A model generated the notes under the pieces. That model did no database searches and was not told the DNA's origin. It saw only the letters and a program-made list of their open reading frames with translations. A stretch of 64,000 nucleotides of DNA from an uncultured bacterium (lineage in GTDB: Bacteria > Krumholzibacteriota > Krumholzibacteriia > LZORAL124-64-63): the NCBI GenBank assembly GCA_963727525.1, contig CAVSGO010000007.1, forward strand, positions 736,001 through 800,000, in the 5' to 3' direction. The translations under genes were made by a program, and so were the position numbers. Shown one piece after another: positions 32,076 to 41,903 of this stretch (positions are counted from its first letter, which is position 1; each line of letters begins with the position of its first letter).

Positions 32076-33647
32076 TTGGCACTCGTTACTGATCATATCC
32101 TGACGTGGGTCACCTTCGTGCCCCTGCTGGGCGCGCTCGTGCTTCTCGCGCTGCGCGGCGAGGTCCTTGCCCGCTGGTTCGCGCTGATCACTGCGCTGGT
32201 GGACTTCGTGCTCTCGCTTCACCTGTGGGTGCACTACGACCCGGCGGTGGCCGGCGACCAGTTCGTGGAGCGTGCCGCCTGGTTCCTCGGAGGCAAGGTG
32301 CAGTACCACCTCGGCATGGATGGCATCAGCCTGGTGCTGGTCATGCTGACGACGCTCCTGGGGCCGATCGTCATCCTGAGCACGTGGAAAGCCGTGACGA
32401 AGCGGGTGCCGCTCTTCATGGCCATGTATCTGCTGCTGCAGACAGCCATGCTTGGCACGTTCTTCGTGCGCGACATGCTGCTCTTCTACGTGTTCTGGGA
32501 AGCGATGCTCATCCCGATGACCTTCATCATCGGCATCTGGGGCGGCGAGCGGCGCATCTACGCGGCGGTGAAGTTCTTCATCTTCACCATGGTCGGTTCC
32601 GTGTTCATGCTCGTCGGCATCCTCTACTGCTACTTCCAGGCGGGCACCATGGACCTGGGCGCATGGATGGCGCTCGACCTGCCGCTGGGCGCCCAGCTCT
32701 GGCTTTTCACCGCCTTCACGCTGGCTTTTGCGATCAAGGTGCCGGTGTGGCCGCTGCATACCTGGCTGCCCGACGCCCACGTGGAAGCGCCCACCGCCGG
32801 CTCGGTGATCCTGGCCGGCGTACTCCTGAAGATGGGCACCTACGGCCTGTTGCGATTCTCGCTGCCGCTTTTCCCGGCGGCGGCCGTGGCCGCGGCTCCG
32901 GTGATGGCCACCCTCGCGGTGATCGGCATCATCTTCGGCGCGCTCGTGGCCTGGGTGCAGCCTGACGTCAAGAAGCTCGTGGCCTACTCCTCGGTGAGCC
33001 ACCTGGGCTTCGTGGTGCTGGGCCTATTCAGCTTGACGGCCCGCGGCGCGGCCGGCGGTCTCTACCAGATGCTCGCACACGGGATCTCGACGGGGGCGCT
33101 CTTTCTCCTGGTGGGCGTGATCTACGAGCGCCGCCACACGCGCGAGTTGAGCGAGTTCGGCGGGCTGGCCCACGGGATGCCGGCCTACGCCACCGTCTTC
33201 ATGATCGCGATGCTCGCCAGCGTGGGGCTGCCCGGGCTATGCGGCTTCATCGGGGAGTTCATGGTGCTGCTGGGCACCTTCGGCAGCGGCGCGCTCACGG
33301 CGGCGCGCACCTTCGCGGTGCTGGCTGCCACCGGCGTGATCCTCGGCGCCGTGTACATGCTCTATGTTTACCAGCGCGTCTTCTTCGGCCCCTTGACGAA
33401 CGAGAAGAACAAGGGGTTGCCCGATCTCAGCCTGCGCGAGTGGCTGGTGCTGGCCCCGCTGGTGGTGTTCATGGTGTGGCTGGGTGTGGGCCCGCGGCTG
33501 GTGCTGGACAAGGTGGAGAATAGCCTCGACGCCGTGCTGCAGCCCGTACGCGCCCAGATCGAACTGAACCAGGGGGACCTGGGCGACGCCCACGCGGATC
33601 TGCTCCGCGTGACCCCCGAAGGTGCGATGATTGTGGAGGAACGATGA
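32076..33647 (+). CDS. nuoM: NADH-quinone oxidoreductase subunit M
   Basis: FYVFWEAMLIP, HTWLPDAHVEAPTAGS, LLKMGTYG, AYSSVSH; TTG start after GGAGGG. Confidence 0.95.
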   Translation: MALVTDHILTWVTFVPLLGALVLLALRGEVLARWFALITALVDFVLSLHLWVHYDPAVAGDQFVERAAWFLGGKVQYHLGMDGISLVLVMLTTLLGPIVILSTWKAVTKRVPLFMAMYLLLQTAMLGTFFVRDMLLFYVFWEAMLIPMTFIIGIWGGERRIYAAVKFFIFTMVGSVFMLVGILYCYFQAGTMDLGAWMALDLPLGAQLWLFTAFTLAFAIKVPVWPLHTWLPDAHVEAPTAGSVILAGVLLKMGTYGLLRFSLPLFPAAAVAAAPVMATLAVIGIIFGALVAWVQPDVKKLVAYSSVSHLGFVVLGLFSLTARGAAGGLYQMLAHGISTGALFLLVGVIYERRHTRELSEFGGLAHGMPAYATVFMIAMLASVGLPGLCGFIGEFMVLLGTFGSGALTAARTFAVLAATGVILGAVYMLYVYQRVFFGPLTNEKNKGLPDLSLREWLVLAPLVVFMVWLGVGPRLVLDKVENSLDAVLQPVRAQIELNQGDLGDAHADLLRVTPEGAMIVEER

Positions 33648-35143
33648 CCGTCGACATCCGACTCGATGCCCTGCTGCCGTACGTCGTCATGGCCGGCGGC
33701 GGTCTGCTGGTGATGCTGGTCGACGCGATCGTGCGCAGCCGTACCAAGGGGCACCTGGCGGCACTCACGCAGATCGTGTTCGTGGTGACCGGCATCGTGC
33801 TCGTGGTGGGACATCCCGAGCCTGGCTCGTATCTCGGGGGCATGCTCGTCACCGGGTGGTACACGCGGTTCTTCGGACTGCTCTTCGTGGCGGCCGGCCT
33901 CGTGACGACGATCTACGCCTCGGCCGTGTACGATCGCGATGGCGACTATCGGCCCGAGTTCTACCCGCTCGTGCTCTTCGCCGTGGTGGGCATGATGGTG
34001 CTGTCGGCGGCGAACGATCTGCTGTCGCTCTTCCTCGGCCTGGAGACGATGAGCCTGGCGGTGTACGTGCTCGTGGCCGGGCGGCGTACCACGCCGCAGA
34101 GCGGCGAAGCGGCACTCAAGTACCTGCTGCTGGGCAGCTTCGCCTCGGCCGTGCTGCTCATGGGCATGGCGCTGGTCTACGGCTACGCTGGCGGCACCGG
34201 CTACCAGGCCCTCGCCGTGGCGGTGCACAAGGGACTGGGCGAGCCGCTCCTGCTGTCGGCGGGGCTGGGGTTCATGCTGGTGGGCTTCGGTTTCAAGGTG
34301 GCGGCCGTGCCGTTCCACATGTGGACACCCGACGTCTACGACGGCGCCCCCGCGCACGTCACGGGCTTCATGGCTACGGCCGTGAAAGCGGCGGCATTCA
34401 GCGCCCTGGTACGCTTCGCCTTGCTCGTGCTGCCGGGCATGGCCACGGCGTGGTTCGGCCTGCTCATGGTGCTGGCCATCCTCACCATGACCCTCGGCAA
34501 CCTCATCGCGCTCGCCCAGAGCAATATCAAGCGCATGCTCGCCTACTCGAGCATCGCGCACGCGGGCTACCTGCTCGTGGGCGTGCTGACGATGCTCGCG
34601 CCGGCGCGCGGCGCCACCTCGCCCCTGTCGATCGCGAGCCAGGAGACGGTGGGCGCCGCGGGAAGTGGCATCCTGTTCTATCTGCTCGGCTACACCCTGA
34701 TGAACCTCGCCGCCTTCGGCGTGATCAGCCAGCTCGGCCGCCGCGGCGGCGAGGAGGCCAACCGCATCGACGGCTACTGCGGCCTCGCGCAACGCCAGCC
34801 CGTGGCCGCCGCCGTGCTCGCGGTGTGCATGTTCTCCCTCGCCGGCATCCCGCCCACCGTGGGTTTCATGGGGAAGTTCTACATCTTCCAGGCCGCCGTG
34901 CAGGCCGGCCTGGTGCCGCTGGCCATCTGGGGCGTGATCAACTCCCTGCTCTCGGTCTACTACTACCTGCGCGTGGTCGTGGCGCTCTACATGGAACCGG
35001 CCCGCGAGGATGCCTTCGACGGCCGCAACTGGGAATCGGTGGCCGCCGCCGCTGCCCTGGCCGTTGCCGTGCTCCTGCTGGGCATCCTGCCGGCCGGTGT
35101 ACACAACCTGGCGGCGCTGGCGTTCGGGAAGATGTGGCCGTAG
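33644..35143 (+). CDS. nuoN: NADH-quinone oxidoreductase subunit N
   Basis: EAALKY, FKVAAVPFHMWTPDVYDGAP, KRMLAYSSIAHAGY, SLAGIPP. Confidence 0.95.
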   Translation: MTVDIRLDALLPYVVMAGGGLLVMLVDAIVRSRTKGHLAALTQIVFVVTGIVLVVGHPEPGSYLGGMLVTGWYTRFFGLLFVAAGLVTTIYASAVYDRDGDYRPEFYPLVLFAVVGMMVLSAANDLLSLFLGLETMSLAVYVLVAGRRTTPQSGEAALKYLLLGSFASAVLLMGMALVYGYAGGTGYQALAVAVHKGLGEPLLLSAGLGFMLVGFGFKVAAVPFHMWTPDVYDGAPAHVTGFMATAVKAAAFSALVRFALLVLPGMATAWFGLLMVLAILTMTLGNLIALAQSNIKRMLAYSSIAHAGYLLVGVLTMLAPARGATSPLSIASQETVGAAGSGILFYLLGYTLMNLAAFGVISQLGRRGGEEANRIDGYCGLAQRQPVAAAVLAVCMFSLAGIPPTVGFMGKFYIFQAAVQAGLVPLAIWGVINSLLSVYYYLRVVVALYMEPAREDAFDGRNWESVAAAAALAVAVLLLGILPAGVHNLAALAFGKMWP

Positions 35144-35280
35144 GGAAGTGATTGTCGTGCGGCGAATTGGGCCGATGGCCAGGGTGGTCGCCGGCCCTGC
35201 TTCCTGAGGGTTCGACCGCGCGGGCGTTCTCTTCGTGTCCGGGATCGTGTATGATCCCAGCCATGAAAGGGGGACCCGCC

Positions 35281-36762
35281 ATGCTGTCTCTTCGCGCGTC
35301 ACTCATCGCCATCCTTCTCGCCTTCGCCTCGTCCGCCCTCGCGACCTCGCTGCTCGTCCTGCCGGCCGGTACGGGGCCATACCCCGACCTGCAGGCGGCG
35401 CTCACGGCTGCGGCTGACGGCGACACGATCTTGCTCGGAGACGGCGTTTTCATGGGCGCCGGAAACCGGAACCTCGATCCGGGCGGACGCACGCTTGCAT
35501 TCCTGTCGACCAGCGACGATCCCGAGGCGTGCATCGTCGACATTGCGGGCTCCACGAGCGAGGAGCGGCGGTTCCTCGCTGACGCCAGTGGCGCCGGCAC
35601 CACGATCGCGATGCGTGGGATCGGCCTGCGCAACGGCCGCGTGACCCTGGGCGGTGGCGGCGCAGTGCTCATGAACGGCGGTACGCTGCGCATCACACAC
35701 TGCGCGTTCACGGACAACGCGTCGCTCTACACGGCCGGTCCGACGGGCCATGGCGGGGCGATCGCGGTAGAGAACGGCGACCTGGTCCTCGCGCATGCGA
35801 CCTTCTCCGGCAACATCGCCGGAAACAGCTTCGACGGCGGCGCCATGGGAGGCGCGGTCTACGTGTCGATGGGGACGGCCGCAATCGCCGCCTGCCAGTT
35901 CACGGATAACGAGGTCGGCGGTTCGAACCTGGGTCCGGCCATGGGCGGCGCGGTGGCGACTTACGAATCGAGCCTCGACATCGATGGCTGCGTCTTCACG
36001 GGCAACGACACGCATAGCTACTCGGCCGGCGGCGCGCTTGCCTTGTATGGCGGCAGTGGCAGCGTCCGGCGCTGCACGTTCGCCTACAACTGGGCGTTCG
36101 GATTTCAGGACTACGGTGGCACGGTCTTCGCCCGCGATGGCGCCCTGACGCTCGAGGCGTGCATCATCACCGGCGCGATGGGTGTCGACGATTTCTTTGG
36201 CGGCGACCCCGAACCCACCCCTGCTGCCGAGGCCTACAACGCCACCATCACGGCGAGCCAGTGCGATGTCTGGGGTAACGGCGCGGACTGGGCTGGCCCG
36301 CTCGCCGGACAGGACAGTGCCAACGGCAACATCAGCGCCAACACGTGCTTCTGCGACGGCGACGCCGGCGACTACGGCCTCTGTGCCGACTCCGCCTGCG
36401 CGCCGGCGCAGCACGGCGGCGTGCTCATCGGCGCCCTGGAGGTGGGGTGCGGCGCCTGCGGCTGCGCGGATGACACGGCTGTCGGCGACGCGCCGCCCGA
36501 CGCCCCCCGCATCGCCGCGATCGCCCCGAACCCCTTCAACCCAGCCACGACCATCGCCCTCGTCCTGCCCGCGCCCGCGACCGTGCGTCTGACCGTGCAC
36601 GACCTCGCCGGCCGCTGCGTCGCGACCCTCGTCGACGGGCCGCAGCCTGCGGGGGAACGGCGCATCGCGTTCCGCCCGCGTGGCCTCGCGAGCGGCGCCT
36701 ACCTGCTGCGCCTGGACGCCGGCCAGGATGTGCGGACCCGCAAGCTGGTCTTGCTGAAGTAG
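35281..36762 (+). CDS. Secreted right-handed beta-helix (Pmp-like repeat) protein with T9SS type A-like C-terminal sorting domain
   Basis: Signal peptide; alternating FxxN and GGA(I/V/L) repeats; Cys-rich linker; C-terminus PNPFNPATTI...HDLAGR...LASGAYLLRL...KLVLLK. Confidence 0.78.
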   Translation: MLSLRASLIAILLAFASSALATSLLVLPAGTGPYPDLQAALTAAADGDTILLGDGVFMGAGNRNLDPGGRTLAFLSTSDDPEACIVDIAGSTSEERRFLADASGAGTTIAMRGIGLRNGRVTLGGGGAVLMNGGTLRITHCAFTDNASLYTAGPTGHGGAIAVENGDLVLAHATFSGNIAGNSFDGGAMGGAVYVSMGTAAIAACQFTDNEVGGSNLGPAMGGAVATYESSLDIDGCVFTGNDTHSYSAGGALALYGGSGSVRRCTFAYNWAFGFQDYGGTVFARDGALTLEACIITGAMGVDDFFGGDPEPTPAAEAYNATITASQCDVWGNGADWAGPLAGQDSANGNISANTCFCDGDAGDYGLCADSACAPAQHGGVLIGALEVGCGACGCADDTAVGDAPPDAPRIAAIAPNPFNPATTIALVLPAPATVRLTVHDLAGRCVATLVDGPQPAGERRIAFRPRGLASGAYLLRLDAGQDVRTRKLVLLK

Positions 36763-36799
36763 CCGGCTGCGCTATGCTCCTAGTAGGAAGGAGCACGCC

Positions 36800-38170
36800 A
36801 TGGCCAGCTACCAGACGATCAACCCCGCCACCGGCGACACGCTGTCGTCGTACGATCTCCTGGCGCCTGACGCCGCCCTCGCGGTGCTCGGCCAGGTGCA
36901 CGCCGCGCAGGCCGCCTGGGCCGATCTCGTTCCCGCCGGCCGCGCGCCCTATGCGAGCCGGCTCGCGCAGGTGTTGCGCCGGCACAAGGGGGACTGGGGT
37001 CGCCTCATGGCGCAGGAGATGGGCAAGCCCATCACCGAGGCGGAGGCGGAGGTGGAGAAGTGCGCCTGGCTGTGTGACGTCTACGCCGAGCACGCGCCCG
37101 GCTGGCTGGCCGACGAGATCGTGGAGGCCGACGGCGTGAAGCACCGGGTGGCGTATCAGCCCCTGGGCGTGGTGGTGTCGATCATGCCGTGGAACTTCCC
37201 GTTCTGGCAGGCGCTGCGCTTCGGCGTACCGACGCTGATGGCCGGCAACGGTAGCGTGCTCAAGCACGCGCGTAACGTGAGCGGCTGCGCGCTCGCGATC
37301 GAGCAGGCCTTCCGCGAGGCCGGGTTCCCACCGCACGTGTTCCGCTCCATCATCGCGGGCCACGAGGCGGTGAACGCGCTCATCGCCGATCCGCGCGTGG
37401 CCGGGGTGTCGCTCACCGGCAGCACCGAGGTCGGGCGTGCGGTGGCGGCGATGGCAGGGCAGAACCTCAAGAAGTGCGTGCTCGAGCTGGGGGGCAGCGA
37501 CCCTTTCATCGTCCTTGCCGATGCCAACCTCGAAGCGGCGGTGCTGGGGGCCGTGAAGGGGCGCACCCTGAACACGGGGCAGAGCTGCATCGCGGCCAAG
37601 CGGTTCCTCGTGGAGGCCCCCGTGGCGGCCGAATTCACGCGGCGATTCGCGACGGCGATGGCCGACCTGCGCGTGGGCGATCCCCTCGACCCGCTGACGC
37701 AGGTGGGCGCCATCGTCAACGAGGACGAGCTGACGACCCTGCTGGCTCAGCTTGGCGACAGCCTCGCCGCCGGCGCCAAGCTCGTGTGCGGCGGCAAGCG
37801 CCTTGACCGTCCAGGTTCCTTCCTCGAGCCCGCCGTGGTCTCGGACGTGACCACCGACATGCGCGTGTGGCGCGAGGAGGTCTTCGGACCCATCGCGCCG
37901 GTCATGCCCGTGGCCAACGCCGACGAGGCCATCCGCCTCGCCAACGCGAGCTGCTTCGGTCTCGGCGGCAGCGTGTGGACGAGCGACCTCGCCCGCGGCG
38001 AAGCCCTCGCGCGCCGCCTCGAGTGCGGGTCGGCCTTCGTGAACAGCTTCGTCAAGAGCGACCCGCGCATGCCCTTCGGCGGCGTGAAGGAGAGCGGCTG
38101 GGGGCGCGAGCTGGCGTGGTTCGGGCTGCGCGAATTCACGAACGTCAAGGGCCTGAACATCTACTCATGA
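36800..38170 (+). CDS. NAD(P)-dependent succinate-semialdehyde dehydrogenase (Sad/GabD1-type ALDH)
   Basis: IMPWNFPFWQ, LTGS, LELGGSDP, GQSCIAAKR, EEVFGP, PFGGVKESG. Confidence 0.9.
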   Translation: MASYQTINPATGDTLSSYDLLAPDAALAVLGQVHAAQAAWADLVPAGRAPYASRLAQVLRRHKGDWGRLMAQEMGKPITEAEAEVEKCAWLCDVYAEHAPGWLADEIVEADGVKHRVAYQPLGVVVSIMPWNFPFWQALRFGVPTLMAGNGSVLKHARNVSGCALAIEQAFREAGFPPHVFRSIIAGHEAVNALIADPRVAGVSLTGSTEVGRAVAAMAGQNLKKCVLELGGSDPFIVLADANLEAAVLGAVKGRTLNTGQSCIAAKRFLVEAPVAAEFTRRFATAMADLRVGDPLDPLTQVGAIVNEDELTTLLAQLGDSLAAGAKLVCGGKRLDRPGSFLEPAVVSDVTTDMRVWREEVFGPIAPVMPVANADEAIRLANASCFGLGGSVWTSDLARGEALARRLECGSAFVNSFVKSDPRMPFGGVKESGWGRELAWFGLREFTNVKGLNIYS

Positions 38171-39483
38171 AGCATCGTCCCCGATCGCACCCGCAGCGCC
38201 GGCGCAGCAAGCGTGGCCACGCCGTCCGTCGCATCGAGGCCATCCTCGACGCGGCCCGCGGCCGCGGGCGCGAGGATTTCGACCGCCGCGATCCCGAGCG
38301 TGGTCCGCGACCGCGCCTGATGGACCTCAAGCGCGACGGCCGCCTCTTCGACCGCCTCGCCGCGCTCGATTTCGAGTACCTGCTCTCCCTCGATTTCAGC
38401 GCCGGCGCCGAGACGTTGCGGCTGCTGCTGCCGCAGTCGGTGCTGGGCCGCGCGCAGAATGGCCACGGATTCTGGCGCAACGAGACGGGCGAACCGCTCG
38501 TCTTCCGCGAGGCCACGTTCGACCGTGTGCTCGCGGCGCTAGAGACTTCGGATCCGGGCCTGACGGCGCGCCACGTCCGCGGCGAGCGCGGCGCCCGCCT
38601 GCAAGCCCTGGCCACGTTTCTCGAGAAGAACCTCTTCACCGAGGAACTCGAACTCGGACCCTTGCTCGGCGTGGAACTGCTGCGCGGCCGCACGGTCAAG
38701 ACGCGCGACTTCCTGCGCGGTCTGCTCCTGGCCGGCTGGATGGACGACTACGACCAGCGCCGCATGTGCATGAGTCGCTACCGCAAGTGCTTCGACGGCT
38801 CGCCCCTGGAGATCGGCGGCGGCAAGACGTACATCGTGCAGCCGGAGTTGCTGACGGCGGTAGGCATCGCCGATCCCGGTCGCGGCGAGTTCGCCCCGGA
38901 GGACATCGCGCACCTGCAGTCGCTCGGCGTGATCATGCGCGACGACGACCGCGAGTTCACCCGGTCCACCTACGAGCAGATGTTCTTCCGCCTGCGCCGC
39001 CAGGACGGCGTGTGCGACGATTTGGCGCTGATCTGGGTGGCCGCGAAGCACGGCTTCGATGCCATGCTCGGCGCCTTCGTCATGGACGCCGTCGACACCT
39101 ACGACAAGTTCCTCTGGACCTTCCGCGCAGGTGGCTTCGACGGCCGGCTCGCCCACAGCCTGCAGGAAGCCTGGCGTGCCCGCCACGGTGAGCCTCTCGT
39201 GCGCGGCGAGGAGATCCTCGACCTCATCCACTTCGCCGCCAAGCTCAACACCCCACCGGCACCCCTCAGCTCGAGCCACCGCCGCTTCATCCAGACCGAA
39301 CGGGGCAGCAAGGTGCCGACCCTGCTCAACCACTGGCGCTTCGTGCATGGCGACCCGATCTACGACATCGAACTGGGCTACAATCGGTATCCGGCGCGCA
39401 AGTTCTACGAGATCGCGTGGAAGCGCCTGCGCTCGGCGAAGTTGGCGGTGCCGGTGCCGACGTACACGATGCTGCGGCGGTGA
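38167..39483 (+). CDS. Hypothetical soluble protein (~438 aa), no recognised family
   Basis: ATGA overlap with the ALDH stop; protein-like composition and GC3-rich codons; no signal peptide or TM seen. Confidence 0.75.
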   Translation: MKHRPRSHPQRRRSKRGHAVRRIEAILDAARGRGREDFDRRDPERGPRPRLMDLKRDGRLFDRLAALDFEYLLSLDFSAGAETLRLLLPQSVLGRAQNGHGFWRNETGEPLVFREATFDRVLAALETSDPGLTARHVRGERGARLQALATFLEKNLFTEELELGPLLGVELLRGRTVKTRDFLRGLLLAGWMDDYDQRRMCMSRYRKCFDGSPLEIGGGKTYIVQPELLTAVGIADPGRGEFAPEDIAHLQSLGVIMRDDDREFTRSTYEQMFFRLRRQDGVCDDLALIWVAAKHGFDAMLGAFVMDAVDTYDKFLWTFRAGGFDGRLAHSLQEAWRARHGEPLVRGEEILDLIHFAAKLNTPPAPLSSSHRRFIQTERGSKVPTLLNHWRFVHGDPIYDIELGYNRYPARKFYEIAWKRLRSAKLAVPVPTYTMLRR

Positions 39484-39596
39484 GTCGTGGGCGCAGACGT
39501 GGGGAGCGGTGAAGAGTCTATTGAGATCGCGAGTGTCGACGGTAGGCCTCCCTCGCCTGGCCCATCGATCCGCAGTGCCTGGTGCCGGCACCAATC

Positions 39597-40769
39597 TTAC
39601 CGGAACGCCGCGATCCCCGTGATCGCTTGCCCCACGATCAAAGTGTGGATCTCGTGGGTGCCCTCGTAGGTGATCACCGATTCCAGGTTCGTCATGTGAC
39701 GGCCCGGCGAGTACTCGTCGGTGATGCCGGCGGCGCCGAGGATGCTGCGGGCGTCGCGGGCGATGTCGAGGGCCATGGCGACGTTCTGGCGCTTGGCGAG
39801 GGAGACCAACGGCACGTCGTTGGTGCCGGCGTCCTTGAGGCGGCCGAGTTGCAGGGACAGGAGCTGGCCGTGGATGATGGCAGTGATCATCGTCACGAGT
39901 TTGGCCTGGGTGAGCTGGAAGCCGGCGATGGGGCGGTCGAACTGCCGGCGCTCGAGGGCGTAGGTGAGGGCGGTGTGGTAGCAGTCGCTGGCCGCGCCGA
40001 CGGCGCCCCAGGCGATCCCGTAGCGTGCCTCGTTCAGGCATGACAGCGGGCCCTTCAGGCCCTCGACGCCGGGCAGGCGCGCCGCGTCCGGCACGCGCAC
40101 CTCGTCGAACGCCAGCTCGCCGGTGTCGCTGGCGCGCAGACTGTACTTGCCCTTCACCGCTGCCGCCGTGAAGCCCTTTGTGCCGCGTTCGAGGATGAAG
40201 CCGCGCACCTTGCCGTCGCCGCGGTCGCGGGCCCAGACGATGGCGATGTCGGCCAGCGTCGCGTTGGTGATCCACATCTTGCTGCCGGTGATCACCCAGC
40301 CGTCGCCGTCGCGGGTGCAGGTGGTCTCCATGCCGGCGGGGTCGGAGCCGTGGCTGGCCTCGGTGAGGCCGAAGCACCCGATCAGCTTGCCGGCACACAG
40401 CGCCGGCAGGTAATGCTGCTTCTGGGCATCCGTGCCGTACACGCTGATGGGCCACATCACGAGGCTGCCCTGCACGCTGGCGAAGCTGCGCAGGCCGCTG
40501 TCGCCGCGCTCGAGTTCCTCGCAGATCAGGCCGTAGATCGTCGCACTCAGACCGTGGCAGCCCGGGCCCTTGACGGCGGGGCCCAGCAGGCCAAGCTCGG
40601 CCATCTCAGGGACCAGGTCCGTGGGAAAGGTGCCGGCCGCGTGATGCTCGCGCACGACGGGCAGGAAGCTGCGCTCGACGAAGGCGCGCACCATCGTCTG
40701 GACCGACCGTTCCTCGTCGGAGAACAGGCGGGAGACGTGGTAGAAGTCGACGCCGTCGTAGGCCCTCAT
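39597..40769 (-). CDS. Acyl-CoA dehydrogenase, glutaryl-CoA dehydrogenase-like
   Basis: ELERGDSGLRS, GCFGLTE..GSDP, GSKMWITN, RRQFDRPIAGFQL, TYEGT. Confidence 0.9.
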   Translation of the reverse strand: MRAYDGVDFYHVSRLFSDEERSVQTMVRAFVERSFLPVVREHHAAGTFPTDLVPEMAELGLLGPAVKGPGCHGLSATIYGLICEELERGDSGLRSFASVQGSLVMWPISVYGTDAQKQHYLPALCAGKLIGCFGLTEASHGSDPAGMETTCTRDGDGWVITGSKMWITNATLADIAIVWARDRGDGKVRGFILERGTKGFTAAAVKGKYSLRASDTGELAFDEVRVPDAARLPGVEGLKGPLSCLNEARYGIAWGAVGAASDCYHTALTYALERRQFDRPIAGFQLTQAKLVTMITAIIHGQLLSLQLGRLKDAGTNDVPLVSLAKRQNVAMALDIARDARSILGAAGITDEYSPGRHMTNLESVITYEGTHEIHTLIVGQAITGIAAFR

Positions 40770-40984
40770 TCGGCCTCGACCGCTTCCACCTCGGGAACGG
40801 CGGCTTTCAGGCGGGCCTCGATCCCCTGCTTGAGGGTCATCTGACTCATCGGACAGCCGCCACAGGCGCCCTTCATGCGCACGGTGACGATACCATCGTG
40901 GAAGTCGACGAACTCGACGTCGCCGCCGTCGGCCTGCAGCGCGGGCCGGATGCCGTCGAGTACCTGCTTGATGCGCGTTTCCAT
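40766..40984 (-). CDS. NifU C-terminal domain (Nfu-type) Fe-S carrier
   Basis: IRPALQADGGDVE, GACGGCPMS..TLKQGIE. Confidence 0.92.
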   Translation of the reverse strand: METRIKQVLDGIRPALQADGGDVEFVDFHDGIVTVRMKGACGGCPMSQMTLKQGIEARLKAAVPEVEAVEAE

Positions 40985-41008
40985 GGGCGTCCTTTCGTTG
41001 GCATGAAA

Positions 41009-41036
41009 AGACTACAATCACGAGGGGGCGTGTCAA
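41009..41036 (-). promoter_or_regulatory. Putative sigma70 promoter for nifU/acyl-CoA dehydrogenase
   Basis: Minus strand TTGACA-16 nt-TAGTCT. Confidence 0.55.
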
Positions 41037-41044
41037 GACCGTGC

Positions 41045-41073
41045 TTGAGACGGTTCCGCGCCCCGCCTACAAT
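41045..41073 (+). promoter_or_regulatory. Putative sigma70 promoter for the suhB operon
   Basis: TTGAGA-17 nt-TACAAT. Confidence 0.6.
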
Positions 41074-41102
41074 GCCCGCACACCCAGGAAGGAGCCCCTG
41101 CG

Positions 41103-41903
41103 ATGGACGCCCCGCTCACCGCCGTTCGCGACCTTGCCCTGCGCGCGGGCGATTTCCTGCTCGCCAACCTCGACCGCATCGCCCGCGTCGACCTCAAGGC
41201 CGGCACGGAGCTGGTCACCGATCTCGATCGGCGCTGCGAGGCCATGGTGGTCGAGGCACTGCACCGGCTATTCCCCGACGACGCCATCCGGGGCGAAGAG
41301 GGCGGTGCGCAGGAAGGCGGATCGGGCCGGTCGTGGTACGTCGACCCGATCGACGGCACCACGAACTTCGTCCATGGCTACTCGCACTTCTGCGTGTCCA
41401 TCGCTTGCGTGGACGGTGACGGCCCCGTGCTCGGCGCCGTGCACGCACCGTACCTCGACGAGCTGTTCACCGCGAGCCGCGGCACGGGCGCCGCGATGGA
41501 ACGGCCGCGACGTGGTGAGCGGCGCGACTTGCCGCGCCGCGAGCCGGTCGTCCTCACGTCGGCCCTGCTGGCCACCGGCTTCCCCTACCTGCGCGACGCG
41601 CGCGTCGATCGCAACGTGGAACTGGTGCGGCGGATGCTGAAGGGCGGGTGCCACGGTGTGCGGCGCGCCGGCAGCGCCGCGCTCGACCTCTGCCACGTGG
41701 GGGCGGGCAAGCTCGACGGATACTGGGAGATGGGCCTGCGCCCATGGGACGTGGCCGCGGGGCAACTCGTGGTGCGGGAGGTGGGAGGCGTCGTCTCCGA
41801 CTTCGCGGGCCACGATGACGGCCTGCCCTGCGAGTCGGTGGTGGCTGCCGTGCCCGGATTGCACGAGGAACTGCTGGCGATCATCGCCGGGGTCGCTCCG
41901 TGA
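41103..41903 (+). CDS. suhB: Inositol monophosphatase family protein
   Basis: WYVDPIDGTTNF, ATGFPY, RRAGSAALDLC, WDVAAG. Confidence 0.92.
   Translation: MDAPLTAVRDLALRAGDFLLANLDRIARVDLKAGTELVTDLDRRCEAMVVEALHRLFPDDAIRGEEGGAQEGGSGRSWYVDPIDGTTNFVHGYSHFCVSIACVDGDGPVLGAVHAPYLDELFTASRGTGAAMERPRRGERRDLPRREPVVLTSALLATGFPYLRDARVDRNVELVRRMLKGGCHGVRRAGSAALDLCHVGAGKLDGYWEMGLRPWDVAAGQLVVREVGGVVSDFAGHDDGLPCESVVAAVPGLHEELLAIIAGVAP

Noticed and set aside
39484-39596. Intergenic region with TGGTGCCGGCACCA palindrome between convergent genes
   Set aside because: Single short palindrome without U-tract or other copies; insufficient to call a terminator, tRNA remnant or sRNA.
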